Shown here: piece after piece, positions 52,464 to 62,639 of the stretch | Layout: each line of letters begins with the position of its first letter | How positions within the stretch are numbered: position 1 is the first letter of the stretch | From: an uncultured Actinomycetota bacterium | Lineage (GTDB): Bacteria; Actinomycetota; Actinomycetes; JAHEKZ01 | NCBI GenBank assembly: GCA_963743915.1 | Contig: CAVURN010000002.1 | Coordinates: 593,551-657,550 of the forward strand | Length of the DNA stretch: 64,000 nt | Reading direction: 5' to 3' | Translations under genes and position numbers: made by a program | Notes under the pieces: model-generated | What the model was told of the DNA's origin: nothing | The model's input: only the letters and a program-made list of their open reading frames with translations | Database searches by the model: none

Positions 52464-53859
52464 CCGGGCGCGACGCGAGGCCAGGGGTGGGCCTGCTCCC
52501 ACCGCGGCGCCAGGTCGAGCAGCATCCCGTCGCGGTACCGCGGGCCGACCACCTGCAGCCCGAACGGGACGCCGATCAAGGTGATCCCGGCCGGCAGCGA
52601 GAGCGTCGGGATGACCGCTGATGTTGGTGAACGGGGTGTTGAACACCTCCGGCGGCAGCATCCCGGGCTCGTCCGTCGGCGACATCCGTCCGTCGGCGAG
52701 CCATCCTGCGGCCGCGTTGACGGGGCTGAGCAGCACGCCGTCGTCACCGAGGACGGTGTCCATGGCGCGCACCAGGTCGAACCGGCGACGACGCGCGGCG
52801 AGGTAGCCGTCCAGCGTGATGCCCAGACCCCACTCCATGAAGCCGCGGGCCGCCGGGTGCATGCGGTCGAGGTGCTCCTCGACCCAGGGTCGCCCGAAGC
52901 GTGCGACGTGCTCGACGGTGGCCACTGTGAACCAGTCGTCGTCGACGTCGATGCCTCCGCAGAGGTCGTCAGCCGTGATCGTCTGCACCTCGACGCCCAC
53001 GAGGTCAGCCATCTGCCCCACCGCTCGCTCGAAGGGCTCGCGGACGTCGTCCGGCAGCGCCAGACCCGGAGGCGAAACGGTCGACCCGGACCACTCGCCG
53101 CACCGCTCGGGGCGCGGCACTCTCGCGCAGCTGGTCCGCCGGCAGGGAGACCGGGTCGCCGGCGACAGCACCCACCTCGACCTGCCAGAGCAGGGCGAGG
53201 TCGGCAGCGGAGGTGGCGAGCGGACCTTCGGTGGACATGTCGATCCAGTCCGGTGCCGGCCAGCGCCCGATGAGTCCGTGCGTGGGTTTGATACCGGCCA
53301 GCCCGCAGAAGCCCGCAGGGATGCGGATCGAGCCACCCCCGTCGGTCGCCGTCGCGATCGGCACCATCCCCGCCGCCACGGCTGCGCCACTGCCTCCGCT
53401 GGAGCCGCCCGGTGAGTGGTCCAGGCTCCACGGGTTCCGCGTGACCCCGAAGACCAGGTTGTCGGTGTAGCCCTCGGTGGCGAACTCCGGCAGGTTCGAC
53501 TTGCCGACGATCACGGCACCCGCGTCGGTCAGACGCCGCGGGACCGTTCCGTGGGCGCTCGCCGGCGCCGCGTCCGCGAACAGCGCGGACCCCATGGTGG
53601 TCACCATCCCGGCGACGTCCTCGAGGTCCTTGACGAGCACCGGGACGCCCGCGAGCGGTCCCGGATCACGTCCCGCCGCCACCGCGGCGTCCACCCCGGC
53701 AGCGGCCTGGCGTGCCTCGTCGTCGCACCGCGCGACCACTGCGTTGAGCGCACCGTCGTGCGCGTCGACGCGGCGCAACGCCTCATCGACGAGGTCGACG
53801 GCGCGCACCTTGCCTGAGCGGACAGCAGCGGCCAGCGAGGCGATGTCTCCGGGTGCCAT
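52433..53859 (-). pseudogene. amidase (amidase-signature family), at least two frameshifts (about 53060-53130 and about 52607)
   Basis: GVPVLVKDL and GGSSGGSGAAVAAGMVPIATATDGGGSIRIPA are in the first frame. LPDDVREPFERAV...NTPFTNISGHP is in the second, and TLSLPAGITLIGVPFGLQVVGPRYRD in the third. Confidence 0.82.
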
Positions 53860-53928
53860 GGCACAGCACCGTAGGCCACACCAGCGCACCGTTCGAGCCG
53901 AGTGTCCCCCAGGGGCACTCGGCGGGCC

Positions 53929-55362
53929 TTAGGTGTTGCGCCCGCCCATCGCCTGCATCAGCACCTGCTGCCACTGACGCAGGTGGATGTCGGGGAGGAA
54001 CTCCTCGACCGCGCGCTCGTGTCCGGCCTGGCCCAGCCGACGAGCCTGCTCGGGGTCGTCCAACAGCTCGCGGACGATGGCGCCGAACTCGGCCAGGTCG
54101 GTGGGGTCCTTGACCAGTCGTCCGTTCACCCCGTCGGTGATCTGGTCAGTGATGCCGCCGACCGCGGAGGCCACGACCGGCGTGCCCTTGTACAGCGCCT
54201 CGGTCACGGTGAGACCGAATCCCTCGGCCAGACTCTTCTGCACCACCACGTCGGCATGTCGTTGCAGGGCGTTGACGATGGCGGCGTTCTCTTCGACATC
54301 GATGAGCGGCAGGCAGACCAGCTGCACGCGGCTGCGCGCTGCGTGCGGCAGCGCGCGCCAGAGCTCGGTGACCTCCTCGAGCACCTGCGCCGCCTCCGGG
54401 TCGTCAGCGACTGCCGTGACGACCGGGCCTGCGAGCACCAGGTGCGCGTCCGTCCCGTCGAGGACGTGCTCGACGAACCCGTGCATGACACCGCGCATGT
54501 CCTTCAGCGGGTCCCACCGCGAGATCTGGACCACCAGCTGCGCCGATGCCGACGGCGCCGGCCCGGTGCGGGTGATGTCGGCGTAGTGGCGGATCCGACC
54601 GGGCGAGCCGTCCTGCCGCATGAAGGTCACGGGCTCGACCACGGGTGAGTCCAGAAGCCCGACGTGCGCCAGTGCGTGGACGACCGTGCTGTCGTCCATC
54701 GGTTGGTTCTTGGGCGCGAGCGGGTCGATCGACGGCTTGATGACGTGCAGCCGGTCCCGCGGGATCCACGAGGGTGCGTACTGCTCACGCGTGAACACGT
54801 ACGCATCGACATAGGGCTCGAGGTAGGGCCTGAGGAAGGTCCACGCCTCCTCGGTGAACTCGTTCGATCCGTCGATGCCGATGTGGCACCGCCACACGAC
54901 CGGCAGCCCCCATGACTTCAGCGCGGCCGCCAGGCCGGCGGGCTGAGGGTCGTGGACGATCACCGCATCTCCGGGGAACACCGTCGCCGCCAGCATCTCG
55001 GCGTTGCGCCGCATCACCTCGTCGTAGTGGTCGTGCTCGGCACCGCCCAGCGAGCCGTCGTCGCCAGGACGACCGTGGATCCGGTGGTGCAGGCGCTTGG
55101 TGATCGCGAAGAACTCCGGGTCACCTTCGACGACGAGCCATCGGGCGTCGACGCCCGCGCCGCGGGTGAAGGGCAGGAGCACCTGCAGCATCTCGGCGAC
55201 GCCGCCACCGGTGGCGGTCGAGTTGATGTTGACCACCGAGTGACCTGCCAGCTGCTCGCGCATCTGCGGTGCGACGTCCTCGAGCAGGGAACGGAGCCGC
55301 TCGAGCGGCACGACGGCCCCCAGCTCGGACGGCGAGCGGGCCGGAAAGCGGACTTCGTGCAT
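53929..55362 (-). CDS. treT: trehalose synthase, TreT-type glycosyltransferase (GT4), intact
   Basis: The ATG at 55362 follows GAGGAGG. VNINSTATGGGVAEMLQVLLP, DARWLVVEGDPEFFAITKRLHH, VHDPQPAGL, WRCHIG, KPSIDPL, QISRWDPLKD and EGFGLTVTEALYKGTPVV closely parallel archaeal TreT as I recall it. Confidence 0.85.
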   Translation of the reverse strand: MHEVRFPARSPSELGAVVPLERLRSLLEDVAPQMREQLAGHSVVNINSTATGGGVAEMLQVLLPFTRGAGVDARWLVVEGDPEFFAITKRLHHRIHGRPGDDGSLGGAEHDHYDEVMRRNAEMLAATVFPGDAVIVHDPQPAGLAAALKSWGLPVVWRCHIGIDGSNEFTEEAWTFLRPYLEPYVDAYVFTREQYAPSWIPRDRLHVIKPSIDPLAPKNQPMDDSTVVHALAHVGLLDSPVVEPVTFMRQDGSPGRIRHYADITRTGPAPSASAQLVVQISRWDPLKDMRGVMHGFVEHVLDGTDAHLVLAGPVVTAVADDPEAAQVLEEVTELWRALPHAARSRVQLVCLPLIDVEENAAIVNALQRHADVVVQKSLAEGFGLTVTEALYKGTPVVASAVGGITDQITDGVNGRLVKDPTDLAEFGAIVRELLDDPEQARRLGQAGHERAVEEFLPDIHLRQWQQVLMQAMGGRNT

Positions 55363-55430
55363 CGATGCCTCCTCGGCGTGCCAGCAACCCCCACAGGCTA
55401 TGCGCCCCGCAGCGGGGGACGCGATCGAGG

Positions 55431-56206
55431 TCACGCCAGCAGCGCCGCCACCTGGGTCGCGGCGGCGACCGCCAACGGACCCAGCGCATCGAGCCGCTCG
55501 GCCGGAATCCGGCGCTCCGGGCCCCAGACGTTGACGACCGCGATCGGACGCCGTCGCGCGTCGAGGACTGCGGCCGAGACACCGTTGGTGAGCGCCGCGT
55601 CCTCGCCCAGGCAGCGCGCGTAGCCGAGCCGCCGCGCTTCGGCCAGCTCGGTCTCCAGCGCTGGCCCGGTCGATGATCGTGTTCTCGGTGAAGGGCTCGA
55701 GCGTCGGGGGCAGCGCACCGTCGCGCTCGGCGTCGGACAGCCACGCCAGGAAGATCTTGCCGCTGGACGTCGAGTGCAGCGAGACCCGTTCCTCGGTCCA
55801 CGGGGTGAAGGTGCCGCCGATGACCGACAGGTGGTCGACGTAGCGCAGGCTGGCGGTCTTCACGAGCGCGAGGCTGACGGTCTCGCCGGTCTGCTCCGAC
55901 AGGTTCTCGAGCACCGGACGCACCCGTCGCACCACGGACGCCTCGTCGGCCGCCGCACCGAGGCGCACCGCGCCGTAGCCGACGCGGTAGCCGTGCTCGC
56001 CGGACGCCCGCTCGACCATGCCGTGGGACTCGAGGGTGGCCAGCAGCCGCCATGCGGTGCTGCGGTTGATGCCGCACCGGTCGGCGAGCTCGGCGACCGG
56101 TGGGAGGGTCCTGGCTCGCCGCGACCGCCGCCAGCAGGTCGAGGGCGCGGTCCACCGCCTGCACCGACTGGGCCGGGCCCGACCGCGGTGGAACGTGCGG
56201 ACTCAA
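55431..56206 (-). pseudogene. IclR family transcriptional regulator, two frameshifts (about 56098 and about 55666)
   Basis: The TTG start follows AAGGAG. SVQAVDRALDLLAAVA / VAELADRCGINRSTAWRLLATLESHGMVER...SLHSTSSGKIFLAW...FTENTIIDR / PALETELAEARRLGYA...NGVSAAVLD are read in three frames. Confidence 0.82.
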
Positions 56207-56331
56207 CCACCGGGAACTCCTTGACACCGTCGCTGAGGCGGCTTCTAGCGTTCGTCGCATCATAGTAGACGACTGTTCACATCATGCAACCAGTGACCAG
56301 TCACACCAGTCCGCCGCCCGGAGGTTCAGCC

Positions 56332-57244
56332 GTGTCGCTCCCCCTGCAGTCGTCCGCCTTCATCACCTGCGCCCTCACCGGCTCCGGTGACTCCACCGGC
56401 GTCAGCGACAAGGTGCCCGTGACGCCGGAGCAGATCGCCGACGTCGGCCCTCGAGGCGGCGGCGGCCGGCGCCGCCGTCGTGCACGTCCACGTCCGCGAC
56501 CCCGAGACCGGCAAGGGCTCGCGGCGCCCGGAGCTCTTCCGCGAGATCGTCGAGCGCATCCGCGACTCCAAGGTCGACGTCGTGCTCAACCTGACCACCG
56601 GCATGGGCGGCGACCTCGTCCTCGGCGGCCCCGAGCAGCCACTGCCCCCGAACGACGCCGGCACCGACATGGCCGGCGCCACCGAGCGGCTGCAGCACGT
56701 CAAGGAGCTCATGCCCGAGATCTGCACGCTGGACGCCGGCACCATGAACTTCGCGGCCGGCGGCGACTACATCATGGTGAACACCCCGGGCATGTTCCGC
56801 GCGATGGCCAAGGGCATCCAGGACCTCGGCGTCAAGCCCGAGGTCGAGGTCTTCGACACCGGTGACCTCGTGCTGCTGAACGAGCTGGTCAAGGAAGGCC
56901 TGATCGACGACCCCTGCATGGTGCAGCTCTGCATGGGAATCCCCTACGGCGCCCCGAACGACGTCCTCGACGCTTGCAGTCGATGATCAACAACCTGCCG
57001 CCCGGCTCGGTCTACTCGATGTTCTCCATCGGCCGCTTCCAGCTGCCGTACGCCGCGCTCGCGCCGATGGTCGGTGCCAACGTCCGCGTCGGGCTCGAGG
57101 ACAACCTCTACCTGTCCAAGGGTGTGCTCGCGACCAACGGTCAGCTGGTCGACCGCGCCAAGACCCTGCTCGAGGCGATGAACGTCCGGGTGCATGGGCC
57201 CGCAGGAGGTGCGCGACAAGCTGGGCCTGGTCAAGCATGGCTGA
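56332..57244 (+). pseudogene. beta-keto acid cleavage enzyme (BKACE/DUF849; 3-keto-5-aminohexanoate / dehydrocarnitine cleavage type), three frameshifts (about 56443, 56971, 57193)
   Basis: FITCALTGSGD...[10 protein letters not shown] / [26 protein letters not shown]...LNLTTGMGG...LDAGTMNF / [25 protein letters not shown]...VRVGLEDN / MGPQEVRDKLGLVKHG*. The start codon of the next gene overlaps its last codons (ATGGCTGA). Confidence 0.82.
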
Positions 57245-58288
57245 CGCCAGGACGCCGCACAGTCACCCGAGCAGCTCGGCGTCTCAGCCAGTCGGGCTGC
57301 TCGGCGGCGGCGTCATCGGCGGCGGCTGGGCAGCGCGCTTCCTCATCAACGGCGTCGACGTCCAGCTCTTCGACCCCGACCCCGAGGCCGAGCGCAAGGT
57401 CGACGAGATGCTGGCCAACGCCACGCCGCGCGTGGCAGCGCTCACCGACGCGCCGCTGCCCGCGCAGGGCACGCTCACGCAGGGTCGACGACACCGCAGG
57501 AGGCGGCCACCGGCGTGCAGTTCGTCCAGGAGAGCGCGCCGGAGAACGAGCAGATCAAGCGCTCGCTGCTCGCCGCCGCCAGCGAGGCGGCGCCGGCCCG
57601 GACGTCGTCTTCGGCAGCTCGACGTCGGGCATCCTGCCGACGCTGCTGCAGGCGGACATGACGCACCCCGAGCGCCTGGTGGTCGGTCACCCGTTCAACC
57701 CCGTCTACCTGCTCCCGCTCGTCGAGGTGTGCCCCGGCACAGCCGACCAGCGCCGGACGCCGTCACACGCGCCGCTGACATCTACCGCGTCGCTGGGCAT
57801 GAAGCCGCTGGTGCTGCAGCACGAGATCGACGGCTTCGTCGCCGACCGGCTGCTCGAGGCGCTGTGGCGCGAGGCCCTGTGGCTGGTCAACGACGGCGTC
57901 GCCACCGTCGAGCAGGTGGACGACGCGATCCGCTTCGGCGCCGGACTGCGGTGGGCGTCCATGGGAACGATGCTCACCTACCGGATCGCCGGCGGCGAAG
58001 GCGGCATGCGCCACTTCATGGCGCAGTTCGGCCCGGCCCTGCAGTGGCCGTGGAGCAAGCTCACCGACGTCCCCGAGCTCACCGACGAGCTGCTCGACCG
58101 CATCGAGCAGCAGTCCGACGCCCAGGCCGCCGGCGCCGACGTGCGCGAGCTCGAGCGGCTGCGGGACGACTGCCTGGTCGGCGTGCTGCAGGGGCTGCGT
58201 CGGCGCGACTACGCCGCCGGCGCCGTGCTCAAGGAGTACGAGCAGCAGCTGCGCCCAGCGGGGTCAGCCGGAGCTCGCCTCGTCGTGA
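57237..58288 (+). pseudogene. L-carnitine dehydrogenase-like 3-hydroxyacyl-CoA dehydrogenase family protein, at least four frameshifts (about 57484, 57597, 57748, 57790); 3' end uncertain
   Basis: VGLLGGGVIGGGWAARFLINGVDV, VQFVQESAPENEQIK, PDVVFGSSTSGILP, HPFNPVYLLPLVEV, PDAVTRAADIYR and LGMKPLVLQHEIDGFVADRLLEALWREALWLVNDGVATVEQVDDAIRFGAGLRW are read across all three frames. They closely parallel Pseudomonas LcdH as I recall it. Confidence 0.78.
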
Positions 58289-58720
58289 GCCTTCTCCATG
58301 CGCGTCGAGCAGCGCGGCCCGGTCGTCGGGGAACGGCGCGACCTTGCCCGCCGCGGTGTCCACGTGCAGGTAGAGCGACTCCCCCGTCGCCACCGGGGTC
58401 GTCGCCGACCAGCAGGGTGGTCGCCAGCCGCAGCCGCTTGGCGTCGCACGACGCCACCCACGACTCGCGCGCGAATCACGTCGTCGCGCGCTCACCTCGT
58501 GCAGGAACTTCAGGGTGATCTCGACGGTGTACATGCTGCAGCCCGTGCGCTCCCGGTACGCCGCGCTCAGGCCGAGGGCGTCGAGGAACATCTCGTTCGC
58601 GTCGGTCAGCACCTGTGGCGTACGCCGCGTCGTTCATGTGCCCGTTGTAGTCGATCGACGCCAGCGGGACGCCGCACGAGAACTCGGTGTACGGGGACTC
58701 ACGACGGTGTCGTTGCTCAC
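58264..58720 (-). pseudogene. 4HBT-fold acyl-CoA thioesterase (copy 1), at least five frameshifts
   Basis: SIDYNGHMNDAAYAT / VLTDANEMFLDALGLSAAYRERTGCSMYTVEITLKFLHEV / DDVIRAR / SWVASCDAKRLRLATTLLVGDD / PVATGESLYLHVDTAAGKVAPFPDD / MEKAHDEASSG* are spread over three frames. The GTG start at 58720 is tentative. Confidence 0.65.
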
Positions 58721-58763
58721 CAGTCGATCGTGCCACGACGCACCGAGCCAGCGAAAGGACGCC

Positions 58764-59337
58764 ATGAGTAGCGACGACTCGCACCCCGCACTCGGGTCAC
58801 CACGCCCGAACGAGGGCAGGCTGCACGCCGGCTGGGACGCGACCGCGCCCATCGACGCACCTCTCCGGCTGCACGAGACCACCGTGACGCCCGCCTGGTG
58901 CGACTACAACGGCCACATGAGCGAGTCGAGCTACCTGCTGGTCGTCGGTGACAACGCCGACGCCTTCTTCCGCTACTTCGGCATCGACGAGGAGTACCGC
59001 GCCAAGGGCGGGTCGCTCTACACCGCCGAGACGCACCTGCACCACCTGCGCGAGTGCGACGAGGGTGACCGGCTCACCTTCACGCTGCAGGTGCTCGGCG
59101 TCGACCGCAAGCGCGTCCACATCGTCCACGAGGTGCTCGACGCCGACACCGGACAGCCGGTCGCCACCGCCGAGCAGATGCTGCTGCACGTCGACATGGC
59201 CGCCGGCAAGGTCGCACCCCTGCCCGACCACCTGTACGACCGGCTCAAGGCGATCGAGGCAGCACATGCAGCGCCTGCCCGTCCCCGACTACGTTGGCCA
59301 CGTCATGGGTCTGCCACCCCGCAAGCCCACCGACTGA
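58764..59337 (+). pseudogene. 4HBT-fold acyl-CoA thioesterase (copy 2, paralogue of copy 1), one frameshift at about 59262
   Basis: WCDYNGHMSESSYLLV...GGSLYTAETHLHHLRE...GDRLTFTLQVLGVDRKRVHIVHEV...MLLHVDMAAGKVAPLPD, then the tail MQRLPVPDYVGHVMGL..* in another frame. Confidence 0.75.
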
Positions 59338-59352
59338 GGAGAGAGCAACCGC

Positions 59353-60526
59353 ATGGACTTCGCCCTGACCGACGAGCAGCGTGCGATCGTCGACACCGTT
59401 CGCTCCGTTCGTCGAGCGTGAGCTCGTGCCGCACGAGGACGAGGTCGAGCAGCTCGACGAGGTGACACCCGAGCTGGCGGCGGCGATCCGCACGAAGGCA
59501 CTCGAGCGCCGGGCTGTACGCCGCGAACATGCCCGAGGACGTCGGTGGCGGCGGGCCTGGACGCGGTCTCGCTCGCCCTGGTCGAGCGCGAGCTCGGGCG
59601 CACCTCCTTCGCCCTGCACCACTTCGTGGCGCGACCGAGCCGCATCCTGATGGGCTGCACCGGCGACCAGGTCGAGCGCTACCTGCTGCCCACCGTCCGC
59701 GGCGAGAAGCAGGAGTGTCTGGCCATCACCGAGCCCGGCGCCGGGCTCTGACGTCCGCGGCATGACGACCACCGCACGCCGCGACGGCGACGACTGGGTG
59801 GTCAACGGCACCAAGCACTTCATCAGCCACGCCGACATCTCCGACTTCATCATCCTGTTCGCCGCCACCGGCGAGGAGCAGTCCTCGCGGGGCACGCGCA
59901 AGCTGATCTCGTCGTTCCTCGTCGACACCGACCTGCCGGGACTGACGATCACCAAGGGCTCGCCGAGCGTCTCGCACCGCGGCTACCACCACTGCGAGCT
60001 CCACTTCGACAACGTCCGCATGCCGGCCCAGGCCCTGCTCGGCGAGGAGGGCCGCGGCTTCGACCTGATGGGCCAGTGGCTCGGCGCCACCCGTCTGGCG
60101 GTGGCCGCCAACTCCGTCGGCCGCGCCCAGCGCGTCCTCGAGGAGGCCCTGTCCTGGGCGGTGAGCCGCGAGCAGTTCGGCCAGCCGATCGGCCGGTTCC
60201 AGGGACTCAGCTTCCAGCTCGCCGACTCAGCGCTCGAGATCGAGGCGGCCCAGCTGCTCACGCTGCAGGCGGCGTTCCGCGTCGACGACGGCACGGTGAC
60301 CGACACCGATGTCGCGATGGCCAAGCTGGTGGCCACCGAGACCCTCGGACGCGTCACCGACCGCGCGGTGCAGGTGTTCGGCGGCATGGGCCTGGTCCGC
60401 GAGTACAAGATCGAGCGGTGGTGGCGCGACGCGCGCGTCGAGCGCATCTGGGACGGCACGAGCGAGATCCAGCGCCACATCATCTCCCGCGCCCTGCTGC
60501 GGCCGCTGGAGGGACAGAGCCGATGA
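59353..60526 (+). pseudogene. acyl-CoA dehydrogenase, four +1 frameshifts (about 59399, 59507, 59553, 59746)
   Basis: MDFALTDEQRAIVDTV / FAPFVERELVPHEDE / GLYAANMPEDVGGGG / LDAVSLALVERELGRTS...CLAITEPGAG / SDVRGMTTTARRDGDDWVVNGTKHFIS...ERWWRDARVERIWDGTSEIQRHIISR. Confidence 0.85.
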
Positions 60527-61302
60527 CCGTCCACACCGAGGTTCGCGGCTCGACGCTGCTCGTCACCCTCGACGTCCCGAAGGCGAACGCCATCAACGTC
60601 GACACGAGCATGGAGCTCTACGGCGCCTTCGTCCGGCTGCGCGAAGACCCGCGCGCTGCGTGCGGCGGTGCTCACCGGCGCCGGTGAGCGCTTCTTCAGT
60701 GCCGGGTGGGACCTCAAGGCAGCTGCCGAGGGAGAGGCGGTCGACGCCGAGCACTCCCCCGGTGGCTTCGCCGGGCTGACCGAGTTCTTCGACGTCGGCA
60801 AGCCGGTGATCGCCGCCGTGAACGGAATGGCCATCGGCGGCGGCTTCGAGCTCGCGCTGTCCGCCGACCTCGTCGTCGCCGCCGACCACGCGGAGTTCGC
60901 CCTGCCGGAGGTCAAGCTCGGCATCGTCGCCGACTCCGGCGGGCTGCTGCGCGTACCGGCGCGCGTCCCGCGTGCCGTCGCCCTGGAGTGGCTGCTCACC
61001 GGACGCCGCATCACCGCCGAGGAGGCGCGCGCTGGGGCTTGGTGAACCGGGTCGTGCCGGCGGCCGAGCTGCTCGACGTCCGCACTCGAGCTCGCTGCCG
61101 CGATCGAGGAGTCGGCGCCGCTCGCGGTCGCCGCTGTGCTCGAGATCGTCCGAGAGACCGAGGGGATGCGAATCGACGAGGCGTTCCGGATGCTCCGCGA
61201 CGGGCGAGCTGCCCGCCTACCGCGCCTGCATCAGCTCCGAGGACGCCCTCGAAGGCCCGCGCGCCTTCGCCGAGAAGCGCTCCCCGAGTGGAAGGGCCGC
61301 TA
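60523..61302 (+). pseudogene. enoyl-CoA hydratase/carnitinyl-CoA dehydratase-like (crotonase fold), five frameshifts (about 60651, 61028, 61080, 61202, 61284)
   Basis: [95 protein letters not shown] and EWKGR* are read across frames. ATGA overlap with the ACAD stop. Confidence 0.8.
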
Positions 61303-61373
61303 GCTGTAGTTCCAGCAGCCGAGGCAGGCCTTTACGTCCACCAGCCACGCATCAGGCGGGCTTTGAGTGGCGC

Positions 61374-62142
61374 TCAGAGGTGGTAGGTCTCGGTGTGGCC
61401 GTCCACTGCGATGGCCTGACCAGACACCATCCGCGCCTGCGGCGACGCGAGGAAGACGCACATGTCAGCGATCTCCTGGGGCTCGACGAAGCGGGCGATC
61501 GACTGTGAGCTGGTGTACTCCGCTCGACGACGTCGGGGGTGACGCCTCGGCTGTCCGCCTCGGCCGCGATCACACGGTGCCATCCGCGCGACCCCGTACC
61601 GAACCTGGGCAGACGGCGTTGGCGGTGACTCCGTACCGCCCGAGCTCGATCGCGAGCGACTTCGTCAGGCCGATCACCGCCCACTTGGCCGCCGCGTACG
61701 GCGTGCGACGGCCGTAGCCGACCTGACCGGCCGTGGAGGACATGTTGACGATCGACCCGCTGCGCTGGGCCTTCAGGTGGGGCACGACTGCCCGGCAGGT
61801 GAGGAAGTGGCTGTCGAGGTCGACGGCCAGGCACTGACGCCAGTCGTCCAGCGAGACGTTCTCCACGTCGGCGGTCGGTCCCGCGATTCCTGCGTTGTTG
61901 ACCAGGACGTCGACGCCGCCGAGTACCTCCAGGGACTCCGCACACCAGCGGTCCACCGCCTGCGCATCACCGAGGTCGGCGACTGATCCAGTGATGCGTT
62001 CATGGCGCCCGGTCAGTTCCGCGATCGCCGACTCAGAGACGTCACAGGTGTGCACGTGTGCACCGTTCGCAGCGAAAGCCTGGGCGATGATTGCGCCGAT
62101 CCCGGAACCACCTGCGGTCACCATCACTCGTTGAGGCGTCAT
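61374..62142 (-). pseudogene. SDR family oxidoreductase, two frameshifts (about 61590 and about 61520)
   Basis: VMVTAGGSGIG, LVNNAGIAG, NMSSTAG...YAAAKWAV and ANAVCPGSV are in the first frame. RVIAAEADSRGVTPDVVE is in the second, and YTSSQSIARFVEPQEIADMCVFLASPQARMVSGQAIAVDG in the third. Confidence 0.8.
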
Positions 62143-62194
62143 GGCCTCATCTTGGCGGTTCTGATCCTCGTGCGCGTCGAATCAGGGCAGCGTT

Positions 62195-62476
62195 TCAGGC
62201 TGTGGCAGCGCGATGCTCCTGGGCGATGCGCTCGCAGGAATGGGTGTCGTCAAAGCCGAACTCGTAGCTGCAGTCGTGGCAGACGGTCATCGCGACCGGT
62301 CCGAGATGCACGACCTCGACCTCATGGGGGTGGCAGCAGTCAGACCCGTGCGCGTGGTCGCGCCGGTGCACGGCGGTCAGCGTCGCCCGGATGATCGGAT
62401 CGGGACAGTTCGGCGTCACATTGGCTCTATCGGCACGGCAGCGGCGGGGGCTTGAGCCTTGGTTCGGGCCATCCAT
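62195..62476 (-). CDS. small Cys/His-rich hypothetical protein
   Basis: The C-terminal part of track ORF 62195..62773: ...NCPDPIIRATLTAVHRRDHAHGSDCCHPHEVEVVHLGPVAMTVCHDCSYEFGFDDTHSCERIAQEH. The ATG at 62476 follows GAGGA. Start uncertain. Confidence 0.45.
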   Translation of the reverse strand: MDGPNQGSSPRRCRADRANVTPNCPDPIIRATLTAVHRRDHAHGSDCCHPHEVEVVHLGPVAMTVCHDCSYEFGFDDTHSCERIAQEHRAATA

Positions 62477-62639
62477 GGCCATCCTCGGGGAAGTGGGATG
62501 TCGGACGCCCACCAGCATCCGCCCGCCCCCGGCACCGCGCGCCTCGACACGCCGGAGACGCGCGGTGCCACTGCGACCACGGTCATCGACCCGGATCGGG
62601 TGGTAGACAGTCACCACCACCGCAGAGAGCAGGAAGACC

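Noticed and set aside
56207-56331. Divergent IclR/BKACE promoter region with a GCATCAT...ACATCATGC direct repeat and a TCGTC..GACGA mini-palindrome, considered as the IclR operator.
   Set aside because: It is plausible, but the repeats are short and imperfect and I cannot distinguish them from chance without comparative data. It is recorded here rather than as a feature.
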